Shown here: in pieces, positions 12,201 to 24,680 of the stretch
Position numbering within the stretch: the stretch's first letter is position 1
How the letters are laid out: every line of letters starts with the position of its first letter
Assembly (NCBI RefSeq): GCF_006345805.1
Contig: NW_021833292.1
Location: forward strand, 17,213-81,212
Source of the DNA: Octopus sinensis
Lineage: Eukaryota
DNA length: 64,000 nt
Direction: 5' to 3'
The notes under the pieces: generated by a model
Told to the model about the DNA's origin: nothing
What the model saw: only the letters and a program-made list of their open reading frames with translations
The model's database searches: none
Position numbers and translations under genes: made by a program

Positions 12201-12850
12201 ATGTATTATCTATGTATATAATATACATATGAGGAGAAAGTGCTGAAAAGCAAAAGAAGAGGAAAGATCGAGATATAAAGAAGGTATTTTATATATAAAC
12301 ATATAAAGAAGGTGTGTCTTTAGTAAACTCTGAATATTACTCACGCTGTGTAAAGTAGATAATGCGATTTCCACCAGATGTTTATCTAACTGTGATCAGG
12401 AAAAGGAATAACCGATATCTGATGAATCGATAACGATAAAAAAAATAATAATGCTGAATATGGGCGGATCAATTTTTATTTTTTATTTCTTTTAATTTTT
12501 TTTTTTTTGTGCTACTAAAAATAAAAACAATTCTTTCTCAACTTTTCACAAGGCATATATGTACTCACTATAAATATTCTTGTAGTACCATATAATATAT
12601 ACGAAGACATTTATACACGCACAGACACAATCACATGCGCACATGCTCACACAATATAGATTATATATATACACACACACAAACACACATATATATATAC
12701 AGACATATATATATATATATATAAATGCACACACACAGACATATATATATATATATTTGTATGTATGTATGCATGTATATATATATATATATGTATATAT
12801 ATGTATGTATGTATGTATGTATGCATGTGTGTATGTACGTATGTATATGT
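11640..12850. repeat. Large (TA)n/(TG)n/(TATG)n microsatellite complex
   Basis: Directly visible; source of the I/Y-rich pseudo-ORFs. Confidence 0.95.
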
Positions 12851-13185
12851 GAATTGAGTAGCTGTCCATCACAAAATTCAGAATCGCTTTTCTGCACTTT
12901 AATAACAAAAAAGAAATGCGTAGAATATATATGCGTATTTCAACAGTTTCTAATATTTCAATTTATTAAGGTGGTGATCTAGTAGAATCATTTTTACGAC
13001 GTAGCATTTCGTCCCTCTCCATGTCCTGACTTGATATTCTGCCGTGATCGACTTTACCATTCATCTTTTCGGGGTGGATAAATGAAATAACAGCAAAGTA
13101 TTTGATCGATGCTATCGACTTATCTGTTCGCTCAAACACTGCTGTCACGTGTTAAAATTTGAAATCATTATTATTATTATTATTA

Positions 13186-13217
<32 letters not shown>

Positions 13218-13669
13218 ATTAATATTACACACACACATGTATATATATATATATATACATATACATACGCACGCGCATATATCTCTACCTCACAGCATCG
13301 GTTCACTGTTCCATTAAGTTAAGATGTACTATAAACGTAGCCCATCTAGCGAGAGATAAATATCATTTAATGTACACAGCATGATAAAAAAATAAGGATA
13401 GGAGGTACTAATAATTTCTTGATGTGGAAACACGTGTTTGGGCAGATGTTATAATAAGCCCTGTGTCTCCAAAGCTCTAAGTACAAAGCCTCTTCTATTT
13501 TCAATGCCTTTTGAATCTGAAAATTTGGACGCTGTCGCATGGGAAATTACGAGAAAATGCGGCAAGATTAATGCAAAAGTTGAAAGCTAAATAAAAGCAA
13601 AAAAGTAAGAAAAAGAAGGAAAATTAGAGTTGCAGCCCCTTTGAAGTAAAATCTATAATAAACCTAGTT

Positions 13670-14260
13670 GTAGAGAGGGGTCCAAAATCTCAGGGACAGT
13701 TGTTCAATCCCAAGAGAGTCGTGTCCCCCAGTCGCCTAAACAAACATCCATATTCTTCCATTTGCTGAAAATTTCGGATCTTGAATTATGTAGTGCGATG
13801 GTATTCTTAGGTCTAAAAGGAATATGCAGTTTTTCAGCTATGCATAAGTTGCATTTTTAGATCCATTTACATATGTCATGGGATTTCTCTGCGATTCTCC
13901 ACTTCATTTTATACAGTGTGTAGTTGATCTTGGAAACTCCATACGTGGATTGCCAACTTAGTAGGTTTACTTTTGTTGATGTGCTTGAATGAGTGAATGA
14001 ATAATGCTTATTTCATCTACCATATGAATACAAAGTTGATATAGGCTGTATTTGAACTAGCCAAACGTGGTTAACCAGCTTAGTGGTTTTACTTTTGTTA
14101 ATGTGCCGAACAGAAAACTGATGGTTTGCATAATGTCTTTTGAAATCGTTTTTGCTTAAATCGATGTAATTTTCCTCTTTGGTTACGTTATTTTGAAGCA
14201 TTGCTGTGACTTCTTCCTCATATGCAACGGAGTTTATCATGCACGCATGGTCAAGTGGGC
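13670..14260 (-). mobile_element. Penelope-like element relic (GIY-YIG endonuclease region plus 3' UTR), degenerate
   Basis: ORF 14013-14240 NSVAYEEEVT...NYIDLSKNDFKRHYANHQFSVRHINKSKTTKLVNHVW, followed in broken frames by KWRIAEK..YVNGS..CNLCIAEK...NSRSE. This is the PLE pattern SVVY..YIG..FK.RY.NH..SF..LS.HVW..W.I..CNLC. Homologous to 60780-61570. Confidence 0.75.
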
Positions 14261-15042
14261 AGGTTTCTCTCTCTCAAAATCCATATAAATGTGAATTCAT
14301 AAATATATATATGACTGCTCGCTTTGTAACTACGTGCTTTCAGGTTCAACTCCAGTGTGCAGCACCTTGAGCAAGTTTCTTCTTCTACAACGCTAAGTCA
14401 ACCAATGCCTTATGAATGAATATTGATGGAGACTGGCCATTGTGCACACACTCACACATACGCACACACACACAACACACACACACACAAACACAAAATA
14501 CACAGGTATGTATATGTGGGTATCTTTGCACTTGTTCATCCATTGCTTTACATTCAGTGTTCCTTTGCTTACGTCCGATTAATTTAACAGACTAAATTTG
14601 CTCCAGCATGGTTGTGAACCAATGATTATAACGTAAACGAATAAAGGTAGAAGAAAAAATATATTGACAAAGCCTATTTTCTGTCGAATCGATTGAGCTG
14701 ATTTAAGTCTCATTTATCGATAATATTAGCATGAAATGCAAAATTACCATCGGCAGTATTAAAACCTTGACTGAATAAAAATGGACAAAATTAAACTCAA
14801 TGAAACCGAAATTTCATAGTTTTTATAGTTACCGTTATAAATCCAGATCAGTCCCAAACGAGCATTCTTATGAAAATATCATTCCAAAAGTTATAATCTA
14901 ATGTTTTATTTTTTTCTGATTTTATGACTATAAAAGTGCATTGTCAAATAATAGCAGGTCTGACGTGTTTATTGTTATTAAAGATTTAAAATGATAATGT
15001 GAAGAAAAAATCTTCTCTAACTGGTATTGAGTAGAGAAAAAG

Positions 15043-15915
15043 ATTGAGTTATCCCATAAATAATGCGTTTTTTTCATACTTGTTGTTTCAAAATTAAGAT
15101 AAAGTTCTTTTTTAATATAAAATATACTCTCTTTCATTTTCTACAATACTCTTCCATCTATCTGGTAGACCTGCAACGCCCCGATTCCAAAATTCACTTC
15201 TCCGTGGCGAAAAATACTCCTCCATTACTGTTCTGACCTCGTGTATAGAATTCAAATATTTTTCGTCCAAATGATTTTGAAAACGCGGAATAAGTGATAA
15301 TCTGATGGATTAATGTCCGGCGAATATGGTGGGTATGCTCCAGCCTTTGGAATGTCATCCTCGCAGGATGTGGCTGAATATTATCCTGATGGAAGGACAC
15401 CTTTCGTTTTGAAATCAAAGATGGTCGATTTACGATAGCACGCAGATGTCAATGAATGGTTCCTCAACAGTTACCATGCTAGTTCCTCAACAGTTACGAT
15501 GAGATTTTGTTCCATCAAAGTTTGAACATCTACAGATCTTCCAGGACGAAGCTCGTCTTCTAGGTCGTAATTTCCGGATCGGAATTTCTGGAACCACCGT
15601 TGACACTGGTTTACACTTATTGACCGACCCCCAATATACTGCATTAATATTCCTCGCACTTTTCGTTGCGTTGTTGCTTGTATTGAACTCATAAAGCAAA
15701 ATATGGTGAATATGCTCCTTTGCCTCTTCTATTAAAGCTTTGAAAAAATAACTGTTAAAATCGAACTGCACACTTCAAAACTTGCTCTATTAATCAGGAA
15801 AATGTAAAATTACTACCTGCTTTTATAGCAAGTTGAGGCAGGTAGTTTATCCCGTCCCTTCCGACTTTTGGTTCATGCAATTGAAAAAACTGCGTTATTT
15901 ATGGGATGACCCAAT
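15043..15915 (-). mobile_element. Internally deleted mariner (Mos1-like) DNA transposon
   Basis: TIRs ATTGAGTTATCCCATAAATAATGCG (~15043) and its near complement GCGTTATTTATGGGATGACCCAATA (~15891-15915). Broken frames give HILLYEFN..NATKSARNINAVY / CQRWFQKFRSGNYDLEDELRPGR / FHQDNIQPH. Confidence 0.9.
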
Positions 15916-16580
15916 ATAAGTAAGGAACCAATCATAGTTCGACAAAAAATTGTACTGATATCTGTTTTTAGGTTTCTTATCTGTAAATATTCGTTTACTG
16001 TTCTTTAAAATGTACGATGTTGAACTATTCTATTTTACCAAGCGTAAAGTATTGGGAAATCTGTAAAGGGGCTCTACTTTTAGGCAAGTTAGCATTTTTG
16101 GAAAATCTTAATGCACAATGCAATCGATTTTGAAAAGACGTTGTAATCAACTTACCATCCGTTTCGCAAGAAAATTATGTAGCAGGTGAGATAATTGCAA
16201 AGGAAGTGAAACCACACATCGAAGGCCAATGCGTTAAACGTATTTAGCTGTTGCTGTACGAATTTCATCTTCAGAGTAAAAGAAATTGATTGCATGAGAA
16301 TATTATTTGGTCATATTGGGCAGTTTCTGACCTTATAAAAACATTGCTAACGATATCAAAGTCTTTTGGAAAGAAGCAGGTTCAGAATTTCTATTTTATC
16401 TGTGAGCTGTAGACGTGGCAACTGATACAGCAATTACGATACATTTGGCGATGTTTGCATACCTTGCTATACTCGAAGATTTATTCCTATCGGCATTGAT
16501 GCTTGAGATTACAAAATGTAATGAGGATTCTTCAGAGATTAAATCAACAATAACTAACTCTGATTCACCATGCGATAAAA

Positions 16581-16607
16581 TTACACGAGTTGTGGACGGT
16601 CTATGAT
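16581..16607 (-). CDS. Candidate terminal coding exon (IIDRPQLV*) of the minus-strand gene
   Basis: Strong acceptor CTTTTATTTTTGTATTTTTATAG; phase 0 fits the exon at 18288-18408. An alternative phase-1 reading stays open to 16396. Confidence 0.3.
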   Translation of the reverse strand: MIDRPQLV

Positions 16608-18287
16608 CTATAAAAATACAAAAATAAAAGAAATGTGAACTGCGTTTTAACATCATAATAGAGCTGCAGTATTAGTCATCGATAATTGTATTAATTTGGA
16701 CATTCTCTAAGAAAAAAAATAATTATGAAAATGGCAATGAACTGCATTATGCTTATAAGAATCTGAAAGTTTAAAAATCAATTGAGAGACATCTAAGAGG
16801 AAAGTAATGAATTATTGTCAGGTTTCTTGATCAGGTTTGTTAGTTAAACGAAGAACGGAGGCCTGAGCACTAGTATAAATTAGAATTGGTGGAAAACATT
16901 CCGTTTTTGTCAAAGAATTTCTAATTATATCATTAAAATATGAAAAAGGTTTTCAGATTTCACATTTGTTATCATTATTGTTAGTCGCGCAAACGATATA
17001 CTATTGAAAATTAATCGGTTTATTACCTTGATTCTTACCAATGATAGGAGTTGAATCAAAGCTATACTGCAGTTCATAATTTAACAAAAGAAAAAAAAAA
17101 CATCAAACTAAAACACGTCCTGGTATACGCTTCTCATTCCACAAAAGACTGAATTCAAAATCGATGGTGAAATTTTCTGCAGATTATTTCAGTCTAGTTA
17201 ATCAATTTCAAAATTTATTTCGACATTTAAAATAATGCCGAGCTCCAATTACGAATATGCGAAACTTCTTTTGATGTAATGCCAAAGGAAACTATCGTTT
17301 CCTTGAAATTCGACTTTATTGGATAATACTTTGATGTCCGAATTTAATAGCTGATCTATTTTGATATACTAGAACACCACATGGGAAAATATCCACTTTT
17401 GAAGAGTCACGCATGGTAAGCCGCATCTATATTTTGAACTACTTTCCAAGATACTTGCATTTCTACATTACAGTGACATAGATCAATGCGATAAGGTCAC
17501 ATATATACATAGTTACAATCACTCTTCGGGTAAATCTATGGAATCTAAATGGTGAGGTCAGCAGGTCATTGGAAAAACGAACCAGCTGTAGTTTGTAACG
17601 TACAACACTTTCTATGCTTGTACATTCATCCCCATTACAAATAGGGAAATGGCGCCATCATTGTCACAAATTTTGATGGAAGAGTAAGAACTATGTACGA
17701 TGTATTCAATAATATTGATGACCACATAGACGTCTGGATAGAACAATTTAGTAACTGAGGACTCCCTCTTCTACTATGTTTCCAAACCAGGTAAAAGGCG
17801 AGGGTGAAGACAGCACTATTTTCTATAGGAAATTTCGACTCTATCTGATCACAACTATAAATTTAGCCTCCATACTAGTGCCAGTCAACACACACCGTAT
17901 AATTTTACTCTCATTAATTGTATGATGCTGTGCAATACTGTATTGGACTACCAGTTTCCAACAACTTCAATGTTTTGTGGAAGTTATCGGCTACACCACA
18001 CAATATTTTCAAAACGTTTGTGGACTTTGAAGACTTTAATTTAACTTGCACATTTCTGAGAATGATTTCCAAGATGTAATTATATCTCTTGTTGAAAGGA
18101 TGTAAACTGTTGTTGTATTACACAATAATGTGTGTATACACATCATCTAATATGAAAAAGTATCGTATACGGAAAAAAGGACAGAATACAGAAAGAAAAT
18201 AAAACAATATTATATTAAAAAAGAAAGCGACAGGTCCTCATAGGATAACATCCAGCTGGAAGCACCATAACTCTCGTTTACACTTAC

Positions 18288-18408
18288 TGCAGGGGGCAGT
18301 GTCATCTCACAGCTCTGTTCTCCATGCTTACAGATGCATACAACCCATTCTCTTGCATCATACTCGTCATTCTCATCTGCACCTTCCACCGAATCAACTA
18401 GGGAGCAT
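18288..18408 (-). CDS. Candidate exon (R)CSLVDSVEGADENDEYDAREWVVCICKHGEQSCEMTLPPA; resembles the C-terminal half of a PSI domain
   Basis: Acceptor TTTCAG, donor GTAAGT, only one open frame, locally raised GC. Phase 2 joins the upstream 60-nt exon in frame. Confidence 0.6.
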
Positions 18409-18533
18409 CTGAAACTCCTTGAAATTGATTATGGCTTGACCGACCTGGAATGTGTTATTAACCCGTTTAATATTGCCCAAGTGTATCCTGTTTAGCCATA
18501 ACCACTAAACATAGGAAGACTGACTGTTCTTAC

Positions 18534-18593
18534 CGCGTAAAAAATGGCGGTCGAGCAATATTCACTATAGATGCTGCTAAAACTGGATCTGTT
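18534..18593 (-). CDS. Candidate exon TDPVLAASIVNIARPPFFT(R); resembles the PLXDC juxtamembrane tail (HPTSAASIFFIERRP)
   Basis: Acceptor TTTTATAG, donor GTAAGA; a 125-nt intron to the next exon with compatible phase. Confidence 0.5.
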
Positions 18594-18606
18594 CTATAAA
18601 ACACAG

Positions 18607-19039
18607 CTCTTTTACTTGTTTCAGTCATTTGACTGCGGCCATGCTGGTGCACTACCTTTATAGTCGAAGAAATTGAACCCATGACTTATTCTTTGTAAGC
18701 CTAGTACTTATTCTGTCAGCCTCTTTTGCCGAACCGCTAAGTTACGGGGACGTAAACACACCGGCATCGGTTGTCAAGCGATGCTGGAGTGGGGTGTACA
18801 AGCAGACACCCAAATGTACACACACACACACACATATATATATATACGTATACGACGGGCTTCTTCCAGTTTCCGTCTACCAAATCCACTCACAAGGCTT
18901 TGGTCGGCCCGAGGCTTATTGTATTTATTATTTTTACAATAGGACAAAATTTATATAGCCTCAGGCCGCACAGTGGGACTAAACCTGGGACCATGTGGTT
19001 GGTAAGCAAGCTGCTTACCACACAGCCACTCCTGCGCCT
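18607..19039 (-). mobile_element. Family A SINE, full length
   Basis: Homology to 8224-8605; head GGCGCAGGAGTGGCTGTG on the minus strand. Confidence 0.9.
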
Positions 19040-19637
19040 ACTCTGTTTAACATAAATTTACAAATCAGCATGCATGAGCACCAAACGACTGCGTGCAGGA
19101 CGATTTGGTTTCTTTGCGTGCATTACACGAATTACGAGGCTACTAGACCCCTAGCGCCTATCGTGAACCGGCAATATTCTGCTGCAGTATTTCCAGGACA
19201 TATACAAGTTGCAAACTCTCCGTCTTCTTCAAAATTCATGGGCTGATGTAATATCAATCCCAAATCCCGATTATAAAAGCGTCACGCGCGTATGACAATA
19301 ATTGCAGATGTCAGGGAGAAAAATCATTGATTTTGCTTGACCAAATACTGTAGTTCTGTCAAAGAGACTAACCTTCTATATTGATTTAGTTGATAGACGG
19401 CGACCACATCTTAACTCGCAAGAATCTTTTTAGATGCAGAAGCTCAATGTGGACTTGCACAACCTTAGCCGCAGCGTATGATGATATTGAAGATAGGTTT
19501 TCATTTCATCAAGATAACTTTAGCTTGTAATAGTTTGACTTGAATTCAGCATTTTACTGTTAACTGGTTTCTCACCGATTCAATTGGCAACACAGTTAGA
19601 ATTGGAAGTAATTTAGTGCGACCCTTTTATGAACTCC

Positions 19638-19885
19638 GTGGAGACGCGTGGCTTAGTGGTTAGGGTGTTGGACTCATGATCGTAAGGCTATGGTTTCGAT
19701 TCCTGGATCGGGCAATGCGTTATGTTCTTGAGCAAAACACTCCATTTTCACGTTGCTCCAGTCCACTCAGCTGGCAAAAATGTGTAATCCTGCGACGGAC
19801 CGGCGTCCCGTCCCAGGTGGGGAATTTCTACGCCACTGAAACCCAGAAACTGGCCCTTATGAGCCTGGCATGGCTCGAGAAGGAA
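19638..19885 (+). mobile_element. tRNA-derived SINE (family C)
   Basis: A box TGGCTTAGTGG, B box GTTTCGATTCC, shared central domain. Confidence 0.85.
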
Positions 19886-20184
19886 AATTTTTTATGCACG
19901 CCGCTTAGTTGTTCCACACCACCAGCATCCTCAACACTCACTACCACCGTCGTCAAAGTCACTGTCACTAAAGCTACCGCATCCATCACCATCGCCATCG
20001 CCATCGCTAAAAACAATGGTTTACTGAGCTGAAGATTGAGTGTCTATGTAGGAAATTGCTGTAAAGTCTGCCGTATTTCATACACCATATTGTTTTAAGA
20101 ATAACAGAATATACTGAAAAATGCAGTAGATAAATAGCATCTAATAATAAAGGCCGGGACATCTTTGGTTATAAATCTGCTTTT

Positions 20185-20339
20185 TTACGCTAATTTGAAG
20201 CCGAGAAGCAACGCACACAAGACAAAAACGCCAACAAATATCACAACAACAACAACGAGCCAATGGATGAAGAACTTTATGCGTTCGCTCGCACTACGGG
20301 AAACAAAAGCGGAACCTTCCTCATACTCTATCTTATCAT
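20185..20339 (-). CDS. Candidate transmembrane exon xDKIEYEEGSAFVSRSASERIKFFIHWLVVVVVIFVGVFVLCALLLGFKLA
   Basis: Acceptor CATGTTTTTTCAG; a ~24-aa hydrophobic run bounded by RIK and FK. It ends either at TAA (20185-20187) or at a weak GC|GTAAAA donor (exon end 20189). Confidence 0.65.
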
Positions 20340-20792
20340 CTGAAAAAACATGAGTGATATATTGAAAAATATAGTTCTTGATACACAATACGTGTAAAAA
20401 AATGGTATGGAGATGGCTAAAATATCTTAATCAGTGCTGACCTGAGGGTAAACAACAGCGTCAACTACCGGTGTTTTTGAAGATGAAATGTTTTTCCATG
20501 TAACTACGCTCGCGAACGTATTTCTATTATATATAATTTTCCTTTTTGTGTGTAACCGATTTAGTTTTTCTCTTTTAACCTGCAGCTGACTCAGCATGTA
20601 TCAAAATAACTTGCTAAAAAAAACAAAAAAAAAAGAAAGAAGAGGCAATAAATAAACAAGACAAGACAAAATACTGGCAAAAAAAGAAAATAAATAACGG
20701 TAAGAAAAAACTACAACAGCATTTTAGAACAAGCAAAACATTCTAGTTTTTATATTTGATTAGTAATCATTGATCAAGTGATTTGGATTTAC

Positions 20793-20849
20793 TAGCTTCA
20801 GCAGTTTCTGTGGTGCTAGAGGCGACATTCATGTAATCAATCAAGCGAA
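20793..20849 (-). CDS. Candidate Ser/Thr-rich stalk exon xRLIDYMNVASSTTETAEA
   Basis: Acceptor CTCTGTTTTTGTTCAG, donor GTAAAT; phase 1 to 1 fits the TM exon. Confidence 0.45.
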
Positions 20850-22169
20850 CTGAACAAAAACAGAGGCACCTAATTTTCTGATGGTTCGATGTGTTGGGTG
20901 TTGCAGATGTATTTAGTTGTAGTGCACAGAAAATATCAAGTTTAGAAATAGGAGGGTTAAAAGTATGTATACATAACGAAATCATACGCTATGAAGAAAC
21001 AAACTAATGAAATTAGAAAAAACAAAAGGAAAGAAAAAGAAAATAAATAAAATAATGATTAAATAAATAAATAGGGGAAAGACACAAGAAAGATGCATTT
21101 AATGTAAGCAAAACAACATCTTTGCAAACCAACAACTGAAAACAATAAACCGTAGTGTGTAGCCACGGGATATTGACAAGATGTATAATATAACGAAGAT
21201 CCAGCGAAAATATAAACACAACAGAATATATAACTATAGGGTGGAGATAACGAAAGAATTAAAGTTAATCTATACATGGGAAAATGCAAAACTCTCCCAA
21301 TGGGAAAATCTAATTAAAGAGTAAAACATATGGTCGTTAACTGTGGCAATGTAGGATGAGATACCAATATGAAAATCAACAGGATCAAACAAAAGTCGTA
21401 GTTATCACACAGCAACATCGACAGTTAACAAACGGAAAACTTTGAAAACTCTCATATACGATAGATGAAAACCCACAAATCAGTTAATGGCATGGAACAA
21501 TAGCCAACCTGGAATTATAAAAACTAAATACTAACGAAAGTAAACAAAACAGGACAAAACTAAAAAAAAAAAACATAACATAAAAAAAAAAAGTGCATTT
21601 AAAATATTTCTCTTCTGTAATAAAAAACAGTTTTTACATAAATAAGAAATAAGAAAATAAGCAACAGAAATCCCCAAAGTTTAAACATGATTGAAGTAAA
21701 AGTTCTCTGCAAATTCACAAAGAATTTGTAGATATGAGAAGCAGTAAAGGTTTTATGACCAAAATGAACACTTTATCACCAGCAACAAACAGCATGTGGA
21801 AATGATTGTTTAAAAAAGAAATAGAAGTAACCATAAATAAGAAATAGATGTATTTTGAAGGAAAAGTGTTGATAGAAAATGATGGAATAACATCTTTAAG
21901 AAAGTATAAAACAAAACTTCAGAACTAAACTCGTAATATATACGGAGACAATTACATAGTTACTGCATAGAACTACCAAATGGTAAGCTCTTGGAACAGA
22001 CTGCGTTCCACACCAAAGGAAACAAAAAATAAAAAGAAGCAATATTTACCAGGTATAAAAATAGCAAGCGTAAGTGAACCGCTACGTTGTTTGTCTTGAG
22101 ATATAAATAGCAGTGTCTGATTGAGCAGATATACAGTGAAAGGTTTCAAGTTAATCATCGCATACTTTT

Positions 22170-22259
22170 GCACCTTGGGCAAGTGTCTTCTACCATAGCC
22201 TCGGGCCGACCAAAGCCTTGTGAGTGGATTTGGTAGGCGGAAACTGAAAGAAGCCCGTC

Positions 22260-22310
<51 letters not shown>

Positions 22311-22500
22311 TATAGAAGGAGCTTCTACAGGACTAGAACTGTTTCATTCAAGAGAAATCTTCAGGAAGCTTCCTGAAGATTTCTCTTGAATGAAACAGTT
22401 CTAGTCCTGTAGAAGCTCCTTCTATATAATAAATTAATTTTACTCTGCTATGTATTGAGTACCTTATTTACTGCGGTTAACCCCGAATCAACCCGGGACC

Positions 22501-22538
<38 letters not shown>

Positions 22539-22820
22539 ATATTATATATATATATATGTATATGTATATGTATGTATGTATATATGTATGTATGTAAGTG
22601 TGTGTATATGTTTGTGTGTCTGTGTTTGTCCCCCCAACATCGCTTGAGAAGCGATGGTGGTGTGTTTACGTCCGCGTAACTTAGCGGTTCAGTAAAAGAG
22701 GCCGATTGAATAAGTACTTAGCTTCCAAAGAATAAGTCCTGTTGTCGATTTGATCGACTAAAGGCGGTACTCCAGCATGGCCGCAATCAAATGACTGAAA
22801 CAAGTAAAATAGTAAAAGAG
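22170..22820 (+). mobile_element. Family A SINE (5'-truncated) whose central (TA)n hosts a palindromic insertion
   Basis: SINE halves at 22170-22262 and 22600-22820 flank the (TA)n and the insert at 22301-~22505. Confidence 0.85.
22301..22436. repeat. Perfect 136-bp palindrome (68-bp arms, no loop)
   Basis: Centre CAGGAAG|CTTCCTG; arms match base for base by eye. Confidence 0.95.
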
Positions 22821-22931
22821 ATAACCGAAACACCTTTAACTCAAACCCAACCATTTTGAAACGGATGAAGTGATTAGTTAGAAGGCCTTTGGTCATAGAT
22901 TTGCTCGAACAAGGTATATGTAAATTAATTG

Positions 22932-23180
22932 ACATCATCAGATGCAACAAGGCCCTCGACTACAGCAAGACGACCAAAGTTTTTTTTTCCAAGGTCTGGG
23001 GGTCTCCCGCCCCTAAGCCCAAGACCATCACCTAATCACTCTTACCCGTCCTGTTGCTTAACAACAACAACAACAACAGTAACAACAGTAACAACAGCAC
23101 CACCAACAGCACCACCACCACCACCACAAACAACAACAACAACAACAACAGCTGCAGCAGCAGCAATAGCAACAGCGACA
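22932..23180 (+). mobile_element. Short 5'-truncated retroposon with (AAC/CAG)n tail; a second copy at 46010-46219 (-)
   Basis: CCAAGGTCTGGG...CCCTAAGCCCAAGACCATCACCTAATCACTCTTACCCGTCCTGTTGCTTAACAAC matches the reverse complement of 46010-46130. Confidence 0.75.
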
Positions 23181-23429
23181 ACGTATTTAGTACATAATTA
23201 CGAAGTATTAGCAAAAATATTTTGAAAGGCGAAGGCATTTTCGTATTTCTAGATTCAGATTTCGAAAATGAAGTTAATAACAAGAAAAATTATAATAATT
23301 TTGACAATAACTCCTCTCAAATATCTAAGCGTTTATTTAGTTACAAATATATTTATAGTGTAATGAAAAATAAACAAAATAAAGCATCTAAGTCTTTTCT
23401 ACTCTAGACACAAGCTCCGAAATTTTTGG

Positions 23430-24212
23430 GGAGGGGCAAGTCGATTAGTATGCAACTGGTTCTTAATTTATCGACCCCAAAAGGATAAAAGGCAAATTCG
23501 ACCTCGGCGGAATTTGAACTCAACGTAAAGACGGACGAAATAACGCTAAACATTTTGCCCGGTGTGTTAAAGATGTTGCTAGCCCAGCCCATTACTCAGT
23601 GGAAGCACTCCGTCGGTTACGACGATGAGGGTTCCGGTTGATCCGAATCAACGGAACAGCCTGCTCGTGAAATTAAAGTGTAAGTGGCTGAGCACTCCAC
23701 AGACACGTGTACCCTTAACGTAGTTCTCGGGGATATTCAGCGTGACACAGAGAGTGACAAGGCCGGCCCTTTGAAATACAGGTACAACAGAAACAGGAAG
23801 TAAGAGTGAGAGAAAGTTGTGGTGAAAGAGTACAGCAGGGATCACCACCATCCCCTGCCGGAGCCTCGTGGAGCTTTAGGTGTTTTCGCTCAATAAACAC
23901 TCACAACGCCCGTTCTAGGAATCGAAACCGCGATCCTATGACCGCGAGTCCGCTGCCCTAACCACTGGGCCATTGCGCCACCACAATTACTCAGTACAAG
24001 AATAGTCTATTCTACTATAGGCCCGAAATTTTTGGGAAGTGGCGATAGTCGATTACATCGACCCCAGTATGCAACTGGTACTCAACTTATCGACCCCGAA
24101 AGGATGAAATGCAAAGTCGACCCTGGCGGAATTTGAACTCAGAACGTAAAGATGGACGAAATACCGCTAAGCATTTTGCCCCGGCGCGCTAACGATTCTG
24201 CCAACTCGCCCA
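23430..24212 (-). mobile_element. Cluster of SINEs: family B fragments (23430-23590, 24030-24212) and a family C-like SINE (23596-23990)
   Basis: Family B core GAAAGGATGAAAGGCAAAGTCGACCTCGGCGGAATTTGAACTC. The 23990 end reads GGCGCAATGGCCCAGTGG...GTTTCGATTCC on the minus strand. Confidence 0.85.
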
Positions 24213-24249
24213 CTTTCGATAAAGTATCTAAATAGTTACTCTTCTACTC

Positions 24250-24680
24250 TTTACTCTTTTACTCTTTTATTTGTAAGTCATTTGACTGCGGCCATGCTGG
24301 AACACCGCCTTTAGTCGAAGAAATCGAACCCATGACTTATTCTTTGTAAGCCTAGTACTTATTCTGTCGGTCTCTTTTGCCGAACCATTAAGTTAAAGGG
24401 GACGGAAACACACCAACATCGGTTGTCAAGCGATGGTGAGGGGACAAACACAGACATACAGAAAATACATATACCAGCTGTTGAGTGTCCCACCCATGAG
24501 GGATCGATGCAAGAAGTGTCGAAACAATTGTGATTAGTAATGAATTCCCGTATATTCCATCTTCCGTTTTTCAGTTTCCGTCTACCAAATTAGTCAGCCC
24601 GAGGTGCCATGCAGTGGGTCTGAACTCAGAACCATGTGGTTGGTAAGCAAGCTAGTTACCGCACCGCCATTCCTGCGTCT
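24250..24680 (-). mobile_element. Family A SINE, internally deleted or interrupted
   Basis: 3' half at 24250-24460 and head fragment at 24570-24680. Confidence 0.8.

Noticed and set aside
19121-19242. Minus-strand frame ...EDGEFATCICPGNTAAEYCRFTIGARGLVAS
   Set aside because: Weak acceptors and donor, and it does not fit the phases or motifs of neighbouring exons better than skipping it.
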